A stretch of 64,000 bases of DNA, from contig JACOXD010000006.1 in assembly GCA_016176465.1 (NCBI GenBank), positions 71,878 through 135,877 of the forward strand, in the 5' to 3' direction. Positions 55,630 through 64,000 of this stretch are shown here, in pieces. The notes under the pieces are model-generated. The model saw only the letters and a list, made by a program, of their open reading frames with translations. It searched no databases and was not told the origin of the DNA. The translations under genes were made by a program, and so were the position numbers. Position 1 is the first letter of the stretch, and each line of letters starts with the position of its first letter. The stretch is from Candidatus Daviesbacteria bacterium (GTDB lineage Bacteria; Patescibacteriota; Microgenomatia; Daviesbacterales; UBA10151).

Positions 55630-57248
55630 ATCTAAAAATATTTTTACTAATCCTAAGCTTGGGAATATTGATTCACTTTCTTCCAAATTTAAATATCCCC
55701 TTACATAGTGATGTTACCTGGTATTTCAGGTTGCAAGCTACCAATAATCCTAAATTAATAGAATCTATTCCCGAGGGCTTTAAAGAATTTGGAGCCTATC
55801 CAATGCCTATATTTGAATCCATAGTCAATTGGTACCAACTAACAGGCAGGATTAATGTTTTGGACTATTTATCTTTAAGACTCTTTGCTTTTTTAGCAGG
55901 TGCTGATGCGAATTTATGGAGGTTTTTTTATATACTGATTCTTTCATCAAGCATCACTCTTTTTTATCTGATTTTAAAAAAACTAAATATTCCAGCTAAA
56001 ATTGCCTTGTTTTTTTCTATAGGATTTTTCTTTATTCCTATTGATATTTGGACTGACTATAAAAGCGCAGAACCAAAAGCACTCCTTTTTTTAATGTTAA
56101 GTCTTTATTTTGGATTAACCTCCAAAGATAGGTTACATTCTTTACTAAGCTGCACTTCCTTGCTGGTGGCACTTTTATTTAAAGAAACCTTTATCCTATC
56201 CTTACCTGCTATCTTGGGACTTATTCTTTGGAAGGAAAAAGTTATAGACCAGATAAAAAGACCTGTAGTTGTGACTGTACTTCCTTATTTAGTCGTAGTC
56301 CTTATTATAGCTTTATTTAGCCTATCTTTTAGATTTTTAATTCCAATGAAAACATCTGGTTATGTAATTGCGCCCTTTTCTCAGTTAGATTTTTTATCTT
56401 ATCTTTTAAAATTCACTCCATCTTTGATTCCCGGGCTTTTATTAGGAATAGGACCATGGCTAATTACTTTATCTTTGATCTTAATTTTTATTAGTTTTAA
56501 ATACCTTAAAATGGAAAAGGTTAAGAAATTTTACCTAAATGCTTCATTCTTAACTCTTATCCTTATTCTTCTTTGCACAATTTTACTTAATATCTTGCTT
56601 TATTATTTAACAAATAGAGATTTTAGAGATAGATACTTACTGCCTAGCAATTTTTTTACTGCTTTAACTCTAGCGCTACTTACTATACCACTAACTACTC
56701 AACTTTACTCTAAGTTAAAAAAAAATAAAGCCAAACTATCTATTATTTATCTATCTATTTTGATGATTTTATTTTGTTTTCAATTTATTAAGGTGATTGA
56801 TGTTTCATTCCAAAATAGAATTGACCAAAACGCTTGGCAAAGTTTAATAAATCAAGTAAAAATTAAGGTTCCAAAAAATGGACATATTTTAATCTCAATA
56901 AATGATCCTTTCCTTATTGAAACAGCCCAAAGTCTTGAAGCTAATACACTGTTTTTAGGTAGATATGACCTAACTTATCATCTAGTAGCAGCCAGGGAAT
57001 TAAAAGAATACCAGAAAGGAAAAGATTACTTAGCTTTTTTAATTTCCTCGTTTAATAAAGATAGAAAGTCGCTACCTCTTAAGAAAGAAGGTAAAATTCT
57101 AACTATTCATCTTGAAAGACCCAAAACAACTATCCCTTATTTCCCATTTAGTCTAAAAAGCTTAATTGTTAACCCAAAATCTTACCTATACCAGCGATTT
57201 ATAAAAAGTAAACAACCCTATTTAAAATACTCAATCCTTATTTCATAA
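55626..57248 (+). CDS. Multi-TM membrane protein, probable GT-C glycosyltransferase
   Basis: About 12 TMs; HSD first loop, GR, KE and RYLLP motifs. Confidence 0.55.
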   Translation: MNLKIFLLILSLGILIHFLPNLNIPLHSDVTWYFRLQATNNPKLIESIPEGFKEFGAYPMPIFESIVNWYQLTGRINVLDYLSLRLFAFLAGADANLWRFFYILILSSSITLFYLILKKLNIPAKIALFFSIGFFFIPIDIWTDYKSAEPKALLFLMLSLYFGLTSKDRLHSLLSCTSLLVALLFKETFILSLPAILGLILWKEKVIDQIKRPVVVTVLPYLVVVLIIALFSLSFRFLIPMKTSGYVIAPFSQLDFLSYLLKFTPSLIPGLLLGIGPWLITLSLILIFISFKYLKMEKVKKFYLNASFLTLILILLCTILLNILLYYLTNRDFRDRYLLPSNFFTALTLALLTIPLTTQLYSKLKKNKAKLSIIYLSILMILFCFQFIKVIDVSFQNRIDQNAWQSLINQVKIKVPKNGHILISINDPFLIETAQSLEANTLFLGRYDLTYHLVAARELKEYQKGKDYLAFLISSFNKDRKSLPLKKEGKILTIHLERPKTTIPYFPFSLKSLIVNPKSYLYQRFIKSKQPYLKYSILIS

Positions 57249-57310
57249 AAAGTTATTTTTTAAATATTTTGACTTTTACTTGAAGCTAAAGCTTGTAAAA
57301 AAATACCTTA

Positions 57311-57339
57311 TTGCATTTTTTTTTGAAATAACATATTCT
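57311..57339 (+). promoter_or_regulatory. Putative promoter of the neuB operon
   Basis: TTGCAT-N17-TATTCT, 15 nt before the ATG. Confidence 0.4.
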
Positions 57340-57354
57340 AAAAAAGCCACTCAC

Positions 57355-58464
57355 ATGCCCAAAAAGAGAGAATTAAAAATAGGTAATAAAATTATAGATG
57401 ACTCTTCTGACTGCTTTGTTGTAGCTGAGATTGGACAAAATCACCAAGGAGATGTTGAGGTTTGCAAAAGACTTTTTGAGGCTGCCAAGTTCTGTGGTGC
57501 TGATGCGGTAAAATTGCAAAAAAGAAATAATCGAACTTTATATACTAGAAAATTCTTTGACTCCCCGTATAACTTTGAAAATGCTTTTGGCCCAACCTAT
57601 GGCAAGCATAGACAAGCTCTGGAATTTAATAAAAAGGAGTATAGAAAGCTTAAAAAATATGCTGAAAAGTTAGGTTTAATTTTTTTTGCAACTGCCTGGG
57701 ATGAAAGCAGCGGCGACTTTTTGGAAGATTTAGATGTTCCAGCTTTCAAAATTGCTTCAGCAGATCTTATCAACACTCCCCTTTTAAAATATATCGCCAA
57801 ATTTAAAAAACCAATGATTGTAAGTACAGGAGCAGCCACCATAGACGATGTCAAAAGGGCTTATCAAGAAGTAATGCCAATAAACAACCAGCTTTCTTTA
57901 CTCCACTGCACTGCTGTTTATCCTGCCTCAGCAGAGTATCTAAACTTAAAAGTCATTGAAACTTACCGCCAAGAGTTTCCGGAGATTGTCATTGGATTTT
58001 CCAACCATTTTAACGGCATTTCTGTTGACCCAGTGGCTTACTGTTTAGGAGCCCGAATTATTGAAAAACATTTTACTTTAAATCGGGCAATGCAAGGCTC
58101 AGATCATTCTTTTTCGCTAGAGTTTGAAGGAATGAGGAAGCTGGTTAGGGATCTAAGAAGAGTCCGCCTGGCACTGGGAGATGGCTTAAAAAAGTTTTAT
58201 CCTGAGGAAGAACCAGCTAAGTATAGAATGGGAAAGTGCATTGTCACTACAAAATCACTGCCTGCAGGGCATATCTTGACAAAAAAAGATCTGGCTCTAA
58301 AATCACCCTGTGAAGGTCTACCCCCTTATTTATTAGATGAGTTAATTGGCAAAAAAACTATTGTTGCCTTAAAAACAGACCAGCCTCTTTCTCTAAAGCA
58401 TTTAGAATCTTTTAAAAAGCCTGCCAGAAAGACAAATGGTCATCAATCCATCTTCCCTACTTAA
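57355..58464 (+). CDS. neuB: N-acetylneuraminate/nonulosonate(-9-phosphate) synthase
   Basis: AEIGQNHQG, VKLQKR, FKIAS, IEKHFTL motifs and a C-terminal SAF domain; start at MPKK. Confidence 0.92.
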   Translation: MPKKRELKIGNKIIDDSSDCFVVAEIGQNHQGDVEVCKRLFEAAKFCGADAVKLQKRNNRTLYTRKFFDSPYNFENAFGPTYGKHRQALEFNKKEYRKLKKYAEKLGLIFFATAWDESSGDFLEDLDVPAFKIASADLINTPLLKYIAKFKKPMIVSTGAATIDDVKRAYQEVMPINNQLSLLHCTAVYPASAEYLNLKVIETYRQEFPEIVIGFSNHFNGISVDPVAYCLGARIIEKHFTLNRAMQGSDHSFSLEFEGMRKLVRDLRRVRLALGDGLKKFYPEEEPAKYRMGKCIVTTKSLPAGHILTKKDLALKSPCEGLPPYLLDELIGKKTIVALKTDQPLSLKHLESFKKPARKTNGHQSIFPT

Positions 58465-59362
58465 AGACTTAAATAAAAATAACCTTAAGTCCAAAGTCAT
58501 TCAGTCTGATAAGTTTGGTAGAGCATTTTTGGCTTTAAATCGAATTACCCAAACAGGCAAGGTTGAACAACACGATCAAGCATCTGATATTACTTTTATT
58601 CTCCAAGGAGAAGCCAAATTGGAAAAAGATGGAGAAATTGAGGATAAAACCTTAAGATCTTTACATGAATGGCAGGGAACAAAAATTAAAAATGGAAGAT
58701 ACTTAGCTGTTAAAAAAGGAGACTTATTAATTATTGAGCCTGGAAGTCCTCATCGGTTTATTATTACAAGATCATCCCAGTTAGTCTATTTAACTTTTAA
58801 GAAATATCTTTCTGATTATATAGAAATAGAAAAATTAGATCCTAATCTAATTGAAAAAATAAAAAAGATTGAAGGAATAATAATGGATGTTGACGGGACA
58901 ATGACTGATGGAAAGGTTTTGGTAAATGATCAGGGAGAGGAGTTTGCCTCTTTTTCTCGGATTGACTCTTTAGCGCTTTTACCCTGGCAAGGAATGGGTA
59001 AAAAAGTAGGCGTTATCTCTAGAGAAGAGATCTCTATTGCCAGTGCTAGAGCCAAAAAGTTAAAGATTAATTGTGTCCAAAATATTAAGGATAAACTTCA
59101 AGCTGCAGAAAAAATGATTAAAGCTTGGAAGCTAAGCTGGGATCAAGTTTGTTTTATAGGAGATGATGTTAATGATATTTCCCTTTTGCAAAAGGTTGGC
59201 TTTTCTACTTGTCCAAAAGATGCCCAGCCTCAAGTTTTAGAAGTTGTTGATTTAGTACTTCCTAAAAAAAGAGGAGACAGTGTTATAAGAGAACTGCTAG
59301 ATTTAATATTTTTAGTACAACTTGGCAAATATCCAGAAGTTTACGAGAGAGAAAAATCTTAA
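58436..59362 (+). CDS. Cupin (YjgK/NanQ-like) plus KdsC-type HAD phosphatase fusion
   Basis: EQHD..D...PGSPH cupin; DVDGTMTDG and FIGDDVND KdsC motifs. Confidence 0.85.
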   Translation: MVINPSSLLKDLNKNNLKSKVIQSDKFGRAFLALNRITQTGKVEQHDQASDITFILQGEAKLEKDGEIEDKTLRSLHEWQGTKIKNGRYLAVKKGDLLIIEPGSPHRFIITRSSQLVYLTFKKYLSDYIEIEKLDPNLIEKIKKIEGIIMDVDGTMTDGKVLVNDQGEEFASFSRIDSLALLPWQGMGKKVGVISREEISIASARAKKLKINCVQNIKDKLQAAEKMIKAWKLSWDQVCFIGDDVNDISLLQKVGFSTCPKDAQPQVLEVVDLVLPKKRGDSVIRELLDLIFLVQLGKYPEVYEREKS

Positions 59363-60189
59363 TGGAAAGATTTAGATTAGATGGAAAAATAGCGGTTGTA
59401 ACAGGAGCGCTTGGGTTACTTGGACCTACTTTTTGTGAAGGTTTGTTGGAGGCTGGTGCAACAGTTATAGGAATTGACTTAACAACCCAAGTCCCAGAAA
59501 GATTTAGGGTTTTACAAGAAAGGTTTGGTGATGATAAAGCAGGAGTGGTAAGAGCAGATATTACTTATAAATCTGAAGTTGATGAGGCTCTGGCTGCATG
59601 TATTAGAAGGTTTGGTGTTCCAGCTATTCTAGTAAATGCTGCTGGGATAGATAAGCCTCCCTTGGCAAGTGCCAGATCCTACCCGCTTGAAGAGATTCCC
59701 CTGGAGGTAAATAGAAGATTTCTGGAGGTTAATGTGCTTGGAACATTTAGGATGATGCAGGTTTTTGGGGGTGCGATGAGAAAGCATGAAATCAGGGGAA
59801 GTATTATTAATATTGGTTCACAATATGCTGATGTTGTACCTGACCCTCATTTTTATGATCATTTAAAAGGATTTTTAAAACTCCCTATATATGGGGCATC
59901 CAAAGCTGCTTTGATTGAACTAACAAGAGAGTTCGCAGTTCACTTTGGAAGATACGGAATTAGAGTTAACGCACTTTCTCCTGGAGGTATTTATAATGAA
60001 CAAAAACCACAAGATCCAGAGTTTTTAAGAAAGTTTTCTGAAAGAGTTCCGTTAGTTAGAATGGAATATCCTCATAGAATGGGCTTTGCTCATGAGTTAA
60101 TTGGGCCACTTTTATTTTTAGCTTCTGAGGCTTCATCTTATATGACTGGAGAAAATTTAAGAGTTAATGGAGGATTTACTGCTCTCTAA
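59362..60189 (+). CDS. Short-chain dehydrogenase/reductase (PtmA-like)
   Basis: TGALGLLG, YGASK and RVNALSPGG motifs. Confidence 0.9.
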   Translation: MERFRLDGKIAVVTGALGLLGPTFCEGLLEAGATVIGIDLTTQVPERFRVLQERFGDDKAGVVRADITYKSEVDEALAACIRRFGVPAILVNAAGIDKPPLASARSYPLEEIPLEVNRRFLEVNVLGTFRMMQVFGGAMRKHEIRGSIINIGSQYADVVPDPHFYDHLKGFLKLPIYGASKAALIELTREFAVHFGRYGIRVNALSPGGIYNEQKPQDPEFLRKFSERVPLVRMEYPHRMGFAHELIGPLLFLASEASSYMTGENLRVNGGFTAL

Positions 60190-60194
60190 ATTTA

Positions 60195-60941
60195 ATGGTT
60201 AGAATTAAAAAAAATAAAAACAACTCTATACCCAAAGTACTAGGGGTGGTGGGAGCCAGATCTGGCTCAAAATCTATTCCTTATAAAAATATTTATCCCC
60301 TAGCTGGAAAACCCTTAATGGCCTGGATTATTGAGGCTGCTAAAAATGCCAAATTTATCACCAGACTGATACTTTCAACAGACTCTGAAGAGTTTGCTAA
60401 AATAGGCAGGATCTACGGCGCAGAAACGCCTTTTTTAAGGCCTTTAGAACTGGCAACAGATGAGGCAGATGATATATCCTATCTGACCCATGCTGTTTCC
60501 TACCTTGAAAAAAATGAAAACTGGAAACCAGATATTATCTTAAGGCTTCCTGCAACCTCTCCTTTTTGTAGTAGTGAAAGTATAGATGCTTGCATCCAAA
60601 TTTTATTAGATGATCCTAAAGCTTCCTCTGCTAGAACTATAAAAAAAACTCCTAAGCACCCTTTTAAACAATGGAAGATAGAGGGAGATGAGCTAAAACC
60701 TTTTTTGCCAAAGGAAATTACAGGCTTAAAAGAACCGTCTCAAGCCTCAAGGCACTCTTTTCCCCCAGCTTATGCCCATGTCGATGTAATAGCTGTCCGC
60801 TATAATACTTTAATGAAAGAAGGGCTACTGACTGGAAAAAGAACCCGTTTTGTCTTGTTAAATAGTGAGGCGGCTATTGATATAGATGATTTAAATGATT
60901 TTTTACTTGCAGAAATAATTATTAAAAGAAAACTTAGCTAG
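60195..60941 (+). CDS. neuA: Acylneuraminate cytidylyltransferase
   Basis: ARSGSKSIPYKN, STDS, PFLRP, TSP and IDIDD motifs. Confidence 0.92.
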   Translation: MVRIKKNKNNSIPKVLGVVGARSGSKSIPYKNIYPLAGKPLMAWIIEAAKNAKFITRLILSTDSEEFAKIGRIYGAETPFLRPLELATDEADDISYLTHAVSYLEKNENWKPDIILRLPATSPFCSSESIDACIQILLDDPKASSARTIKKTPKHPFKQWKIEGDELKPFLPKEITGLKEPSQASRHSFPPAYAHVDVIAVRYNTLMKEGLLTGKRTRFVLLNSEAAIDIDDLNDFLLAEIIIKRKLS

Positions 60942-60948
60942 ATTAGAT

Positions 60949-62835
60949 ATGGAGACAGAAGGAAAATTGCAATTTATCCCTATTTCTGAAATTGAAAGAG
61001 TTTGGGATGGTAAAATCTTAGCAGATATTTTAAGAATTAATAGCCTGTCTATGATTATGGAGGCAGGTTCTGGACATCCTGGGACTTGTTTAAGTAGCGC
61101 CGAGATTATTGCCACCTTATTTTCTTCTGAGTTAGTTAACCCTAATGATTTTGCTAAAGATCCTTCAGATATTTTCTTTTCTTCAAAGGGGCATGATGCT
61201 CCTTTAATTTATGCTGCCTTAATAGCTACAGGTAGATTGCCGGAGGACAATTTACATAAATTAAGAAGATTAAATGGTCTACCAGGGCATCCTGATATTC
61301 ATACTCCAGGCATTACTACAAATACTGGTTCTTTAGGTATGGGATTATCTAAAGCTGCTGGAATGATTGAAGCAAATCGTTTACAAGGTAAAAAAGGCAG
61401 AGTATTTGTTTTACTGGGGGATGGTGAGCTACAAGAAGGACAAAATTATGAAGCGTTAAGATATGCTACTCAACACAAAATGGGTGAGCTGATAGCTATA
61501 GTAGACCATAATAAAATACAATCTGACACTTGGGTTTGGCAAGTTGGAGACTTAGGAGATCTCGTTGGAAAGTTTAAAAGTTTTGGTTGGGAAGTTGCTA
61601 GGTGTGATGGAAATAATGTTGATGAGCTTCTAGAAGCTTTTGACCACTTTAGAGACTTTACAGATAAACCAAAAATTCTAATTGCTGATACTCTAAAAGG
61701 GGCCGGAGTTACATTTATGGAGTCCTCAAACTTTGGTGAGGAGCTGCAATTTTATCCTTTCCACTCAGGAGCCCCAAGTCTAGAACACTACCAGAAAGCA
61801 ATTACTGAATTAAGAGAAAGAATAGATTCAAAATTAGTCTTATTAGATAGAGATCCAATCCAGTTAGTTTTAAAAGAGATTCCCCATCGAGCTAGCTTAG
61901 TTAATCCTGAGCGTTTAATTTTAAGTTATGGAAATCATTTGGCTACACTGGCTAATACTCATCCAGATATTATTGTTTTAGATGCAGATTTACTAAAGGA
62001 CCATAATTTACAACCCTTTCAAGAAGTTGCACCCGATAGATTTATAGAGTGCGGTATTTCTGAACAACATATGACTTCAGTTGCCGGAGGATTAGCCAGA
62101 AAAGGAAATCTACCTATAACCCATACCTTTGCTGCTTTTCAGTTGAGAGCTTTAGAGCAAATGTATAACAATGCTACAGAAGAAGGGAAGATTATATATG
62201 TAGGATCACTAGCTGGACTTTTGCCAGGAGGTCCGGGACACTCTCATCAAGCTGTAATGGATATTGCCTCCTTTAGAGCAATTCCAAACCTTACTATGAT
62301 TGAACCAAGTTGCGAGCAAGAAGTAAGAATGGCTTTAGACTGGGCAGTGAAAGAAAATCCTCAAAGTAGCTATCTTCGCTTAGTGAGCATTCCTGTTGAG
62401 ACTCCATATATCCTTCCACAGGAATATAAATTAACACTTGGCAGAGGGATAGAACTAATATCTGGAGATGATGCTGTTTTATTTGCTTATGGCCCAGTAA
62501 TGCTTTCTGAGGCAACAAGAGCTTCCATATTTTTAAGAAATCTAGGGATATCTTTATCTGTCATTAACCTTCCCTGGTTAAACAGAGTTGATTTAAGATG
62601 GTTAAAAAACACTTTATTACCTTACCAAATAGTGTTCACTTTAGATGATCACTACATCAGCGGGGGTCAAGGGGAATTAATTGCTGTAAATGTCGCCAGA
62701 ATGTCTGGGAAAAAACCTAAAGTAATTTCTTTTGGGGTGGAGGAGATTCCTGTTTGTGGATTAAATACTGAGGTCCTAAAATACCATGGTCTTGATGCAG
62801 AAAGTTTAGCAGAGAAGGCAAGAAAGATCCTTTAA
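60949..62835 (+). CDS. Transketolase-family TPP enzyme (single chain)
   Basis: SGHPG, SKGH, TGSLGMG, GDGELQEG, ECGISEQ and GHSHQ motifs. Confidence 0.9.
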   Translation: METEGKLQFIPISEIERVWDGKILADILRINSLSMIMEAGSGHPGTCLSSAEIIATLFSSELVNPNDFAKDPSDIFFSSKGHDAPLIYAALIATGRLPEDNLHKLRRLNGLPGHPDIHTPGITTNTGSLGMGLSKAAGMIEANRLQGKKGRVFVLLGDGELQEGQNYEALRYATQHKMGELIAIVDHNKIQSDTWVWQVGDLGDLVGKFKSFGWEVARCDGNNVDELLEAFDHFRDFTDKPKILIADTLKGAGVTFMESSNFGEELQFYPFHSGAPSLEHYQKAITELRERIDSKLVLLDRDPIQLVLKEIPHRASLVNPERLILSYGNHLATLANTHPDIIVLDADLLKDHNLQPFQEVAPDRFIECGISEQHMTSVAGGLARKGNLPITHTFAAFQLRALEQMYNNATEEGKIIYVGSLAGLLPGGPGHSHQAVMDIASFRAIPNLTMIEPSCEQEVRMALDWAVKENPQSSYLRLVSIPVETPYILPQEYKLTLGRGIELISGDDAVLFAYGPVMLSEATRASIFLRNLGISLSVINLPWLNRVDLRWLKNTLLPYQIVFTLDDHYISGGQGELIAVNVARMSGKKPKVISFGVEEIPVCGLNTEVLKYHGLDAESLAEKARKIL

Positions 62836-63998
62836 ACTGAAACTATTTCTAAAATTTTATTAGCAAATCTCTCTGTTGATCTGCCATCATTCATCTGCTT
62901 CCAAACCCTAGATGCTGCCCACATTCTTTCTCTAGTGGCTCGATCATTTATAATTGAATTGAGTATTCGAGGGAAATCTCTCCAGCCTCTAACTACCGCA
63001 CTTGATCCATCTAAAACCACACTTGGATCTGGAGGAAGCTCGTTTGTCCACTCAGGTCTTAGTCTCATATTAGCAGGAATCATGGCGTGAACTACTAGTC
63101 TTGGTCCTTTTCCTCCTCTCATCCCCTTATCAAAAATAGCCTCTCTTCCCGTTGTTGAGGTATCTGTTACTACAATATCTGCAGCCTGCCTAATCTCATC
63201 CATTGAGTAGCGCAATCTTCCATCTTTATTTCTGATCATAGTATCAACCCCATGATTTCCTAAACTTTCTAAAACTCCAGCATATCTGGCAGCAATTAAA
63301 GGATCATTATACTCATTTGGATGAACTCTGAAAGTAAATTTATATCTTTGGGTATCTAGTTCTTTTATTGCATGTTGAACTAAGTCATTTCCGGTATGGA
63401 AGGTAGCTTCTGTTTTAGTTGCAGCATAAACTATAAACCACTCATCATCTTCAACTCCCAACTCTTTTCTAACTCTTTCATAATTCTCTTCCGTATCTTC
63501 ATAAAAAAACCTATCATCAGCCGGATTACCGACCACAACTCCTCTTCCTTGGTAAGCGCTTACATATTTTATACTTTGCTCTAAAGATCTCTCACTGGCA
63601 AAAAATGCAAAATCAGGCACTACCAACAATCCTTGTCTAGCTAAAACCCGATCATAATATGCCATAAAGGGAGAATTATCTTCATACTTAATAGTTCTTT
63701 CTCCCCTACTTATTCCCTGTGCTATTAAGACTTGTTCTAGATGTTTAGTTGGATCTGAACCACTGACTACTAAATCACCTGTTAACCGCATTAAGTCCTT
63801 AGAAGGTGAAAATCTAGTTGCTCTTAATCCTAGCGAATCAATCTTTCCCTGAAGCGATCTGCTTGCTGCCCCTCCGGCCACTACAAAAACGTCTACGGCA
63901 TCTGCCAGAAGTAATTCTATAACGGGTATTCCAGCTTTATAAGCTCCCTCATCATATACCCCCCAAATAATTCTTTGTCTATCATGATATTCTCTAGG
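62832..63998 (-). CDS. GT-B-fold transferase, sialyltransferase/CDP-glycerophosphotransferase-like (start outside the window)
   Basis: Frame stays open to the window edge; VVGNP, RVHP, ADIVVTDTST and DGRSTER motifs. Confidence 0.6.
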   Translation of the reverse strand, partial: PREYHDRQRIIWGVYDEGAYKAGIPVIELLLADAVDVFVVAGGAASRSLQGKIDSLGLRATRFSPSKDLMRLTGDLVVSGSDPTKHLEQVLIAQGISRGERTIKYEDNSPFMAYYDRVLARQGLLVVPDFAFFASERSLEQSIKYVSAYQGRGVVVGNPADDRFFYEDTEENYERVRKELGVEDDEWFIVYAATKTEATFHTGNDLVQHAIKELDTQRYKFTFRVHPNEYNDPLIAARYAGVLESLGNHGVDTMIRNKDGRLRYSMDEIRQAADIVVTDTSTTGREAIFDKGMRGGKGPRLVVHAMIPANMRLRPEWTNELPPDPSVVLDGSSAVVRGWRDFPRILNSIINDRATRERMWAASRVWKQMNDGRSTERFANKILEIVSV

Positions 63999-64000
63999 AA

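Noticed and set aside
57280-57354. N-terminal extension of NeuB from TTG
   Set aside because: It overlaps a promoter-like T-rich region; the NeuB-like sequence starts at MPKKRELKIG
3104-63584. Short 60-105 aa ORFs nested in or antisense to long genes
   Set aside because: Shadow frames of well-supported CDSs, with no motifs

Overview
AT-rich bacterial DNA using the standard genetic code (TGA is a stop). Gene content and repeat style suggest a Patescibacteria/CPR (Microgenomates-like) genome; this is inference, not a database result. The first ~20 kb is mostly minus-strand housekeeping: galE-like, mreB, a PEGA protein, ndk, argS, argG, argH, a short ArgA-like GNAT, comEC, comEA, leuS, a LysM-M23 peptidase, rho and four tRNAs. 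A clear T-box riboswitch precedes argH-argG. From ~20.7 kb to the end is a >43 kb surface-glycan locus: many GT2/GT4 enzymes, about six GT-C-like membrane proteins (three ~900-960 aa paralogues), methyl-, carbamoyl-, formyl- and acyl-transferases, amino-sugar enzymes, and a nonulosonic-acid module (NeuB, cupin-KdsC, SDR, NeuA, transketolase) with no NeuC in the window. The least explained signals are non-coding: (1) a 68-83 bp cruciform palindrome family, two copies of which are translated in frame inside argS and argH; (2) heptamer-periodic inverted elements filling intergenic gaps; (3) a five-hairpin cluster upstream of rho in which two hairpins share a loop sequence. Several genes (leuS, argH, one GT2, one near-erased gene) carry frameshifting internal deletions that look like assembly artefacts.
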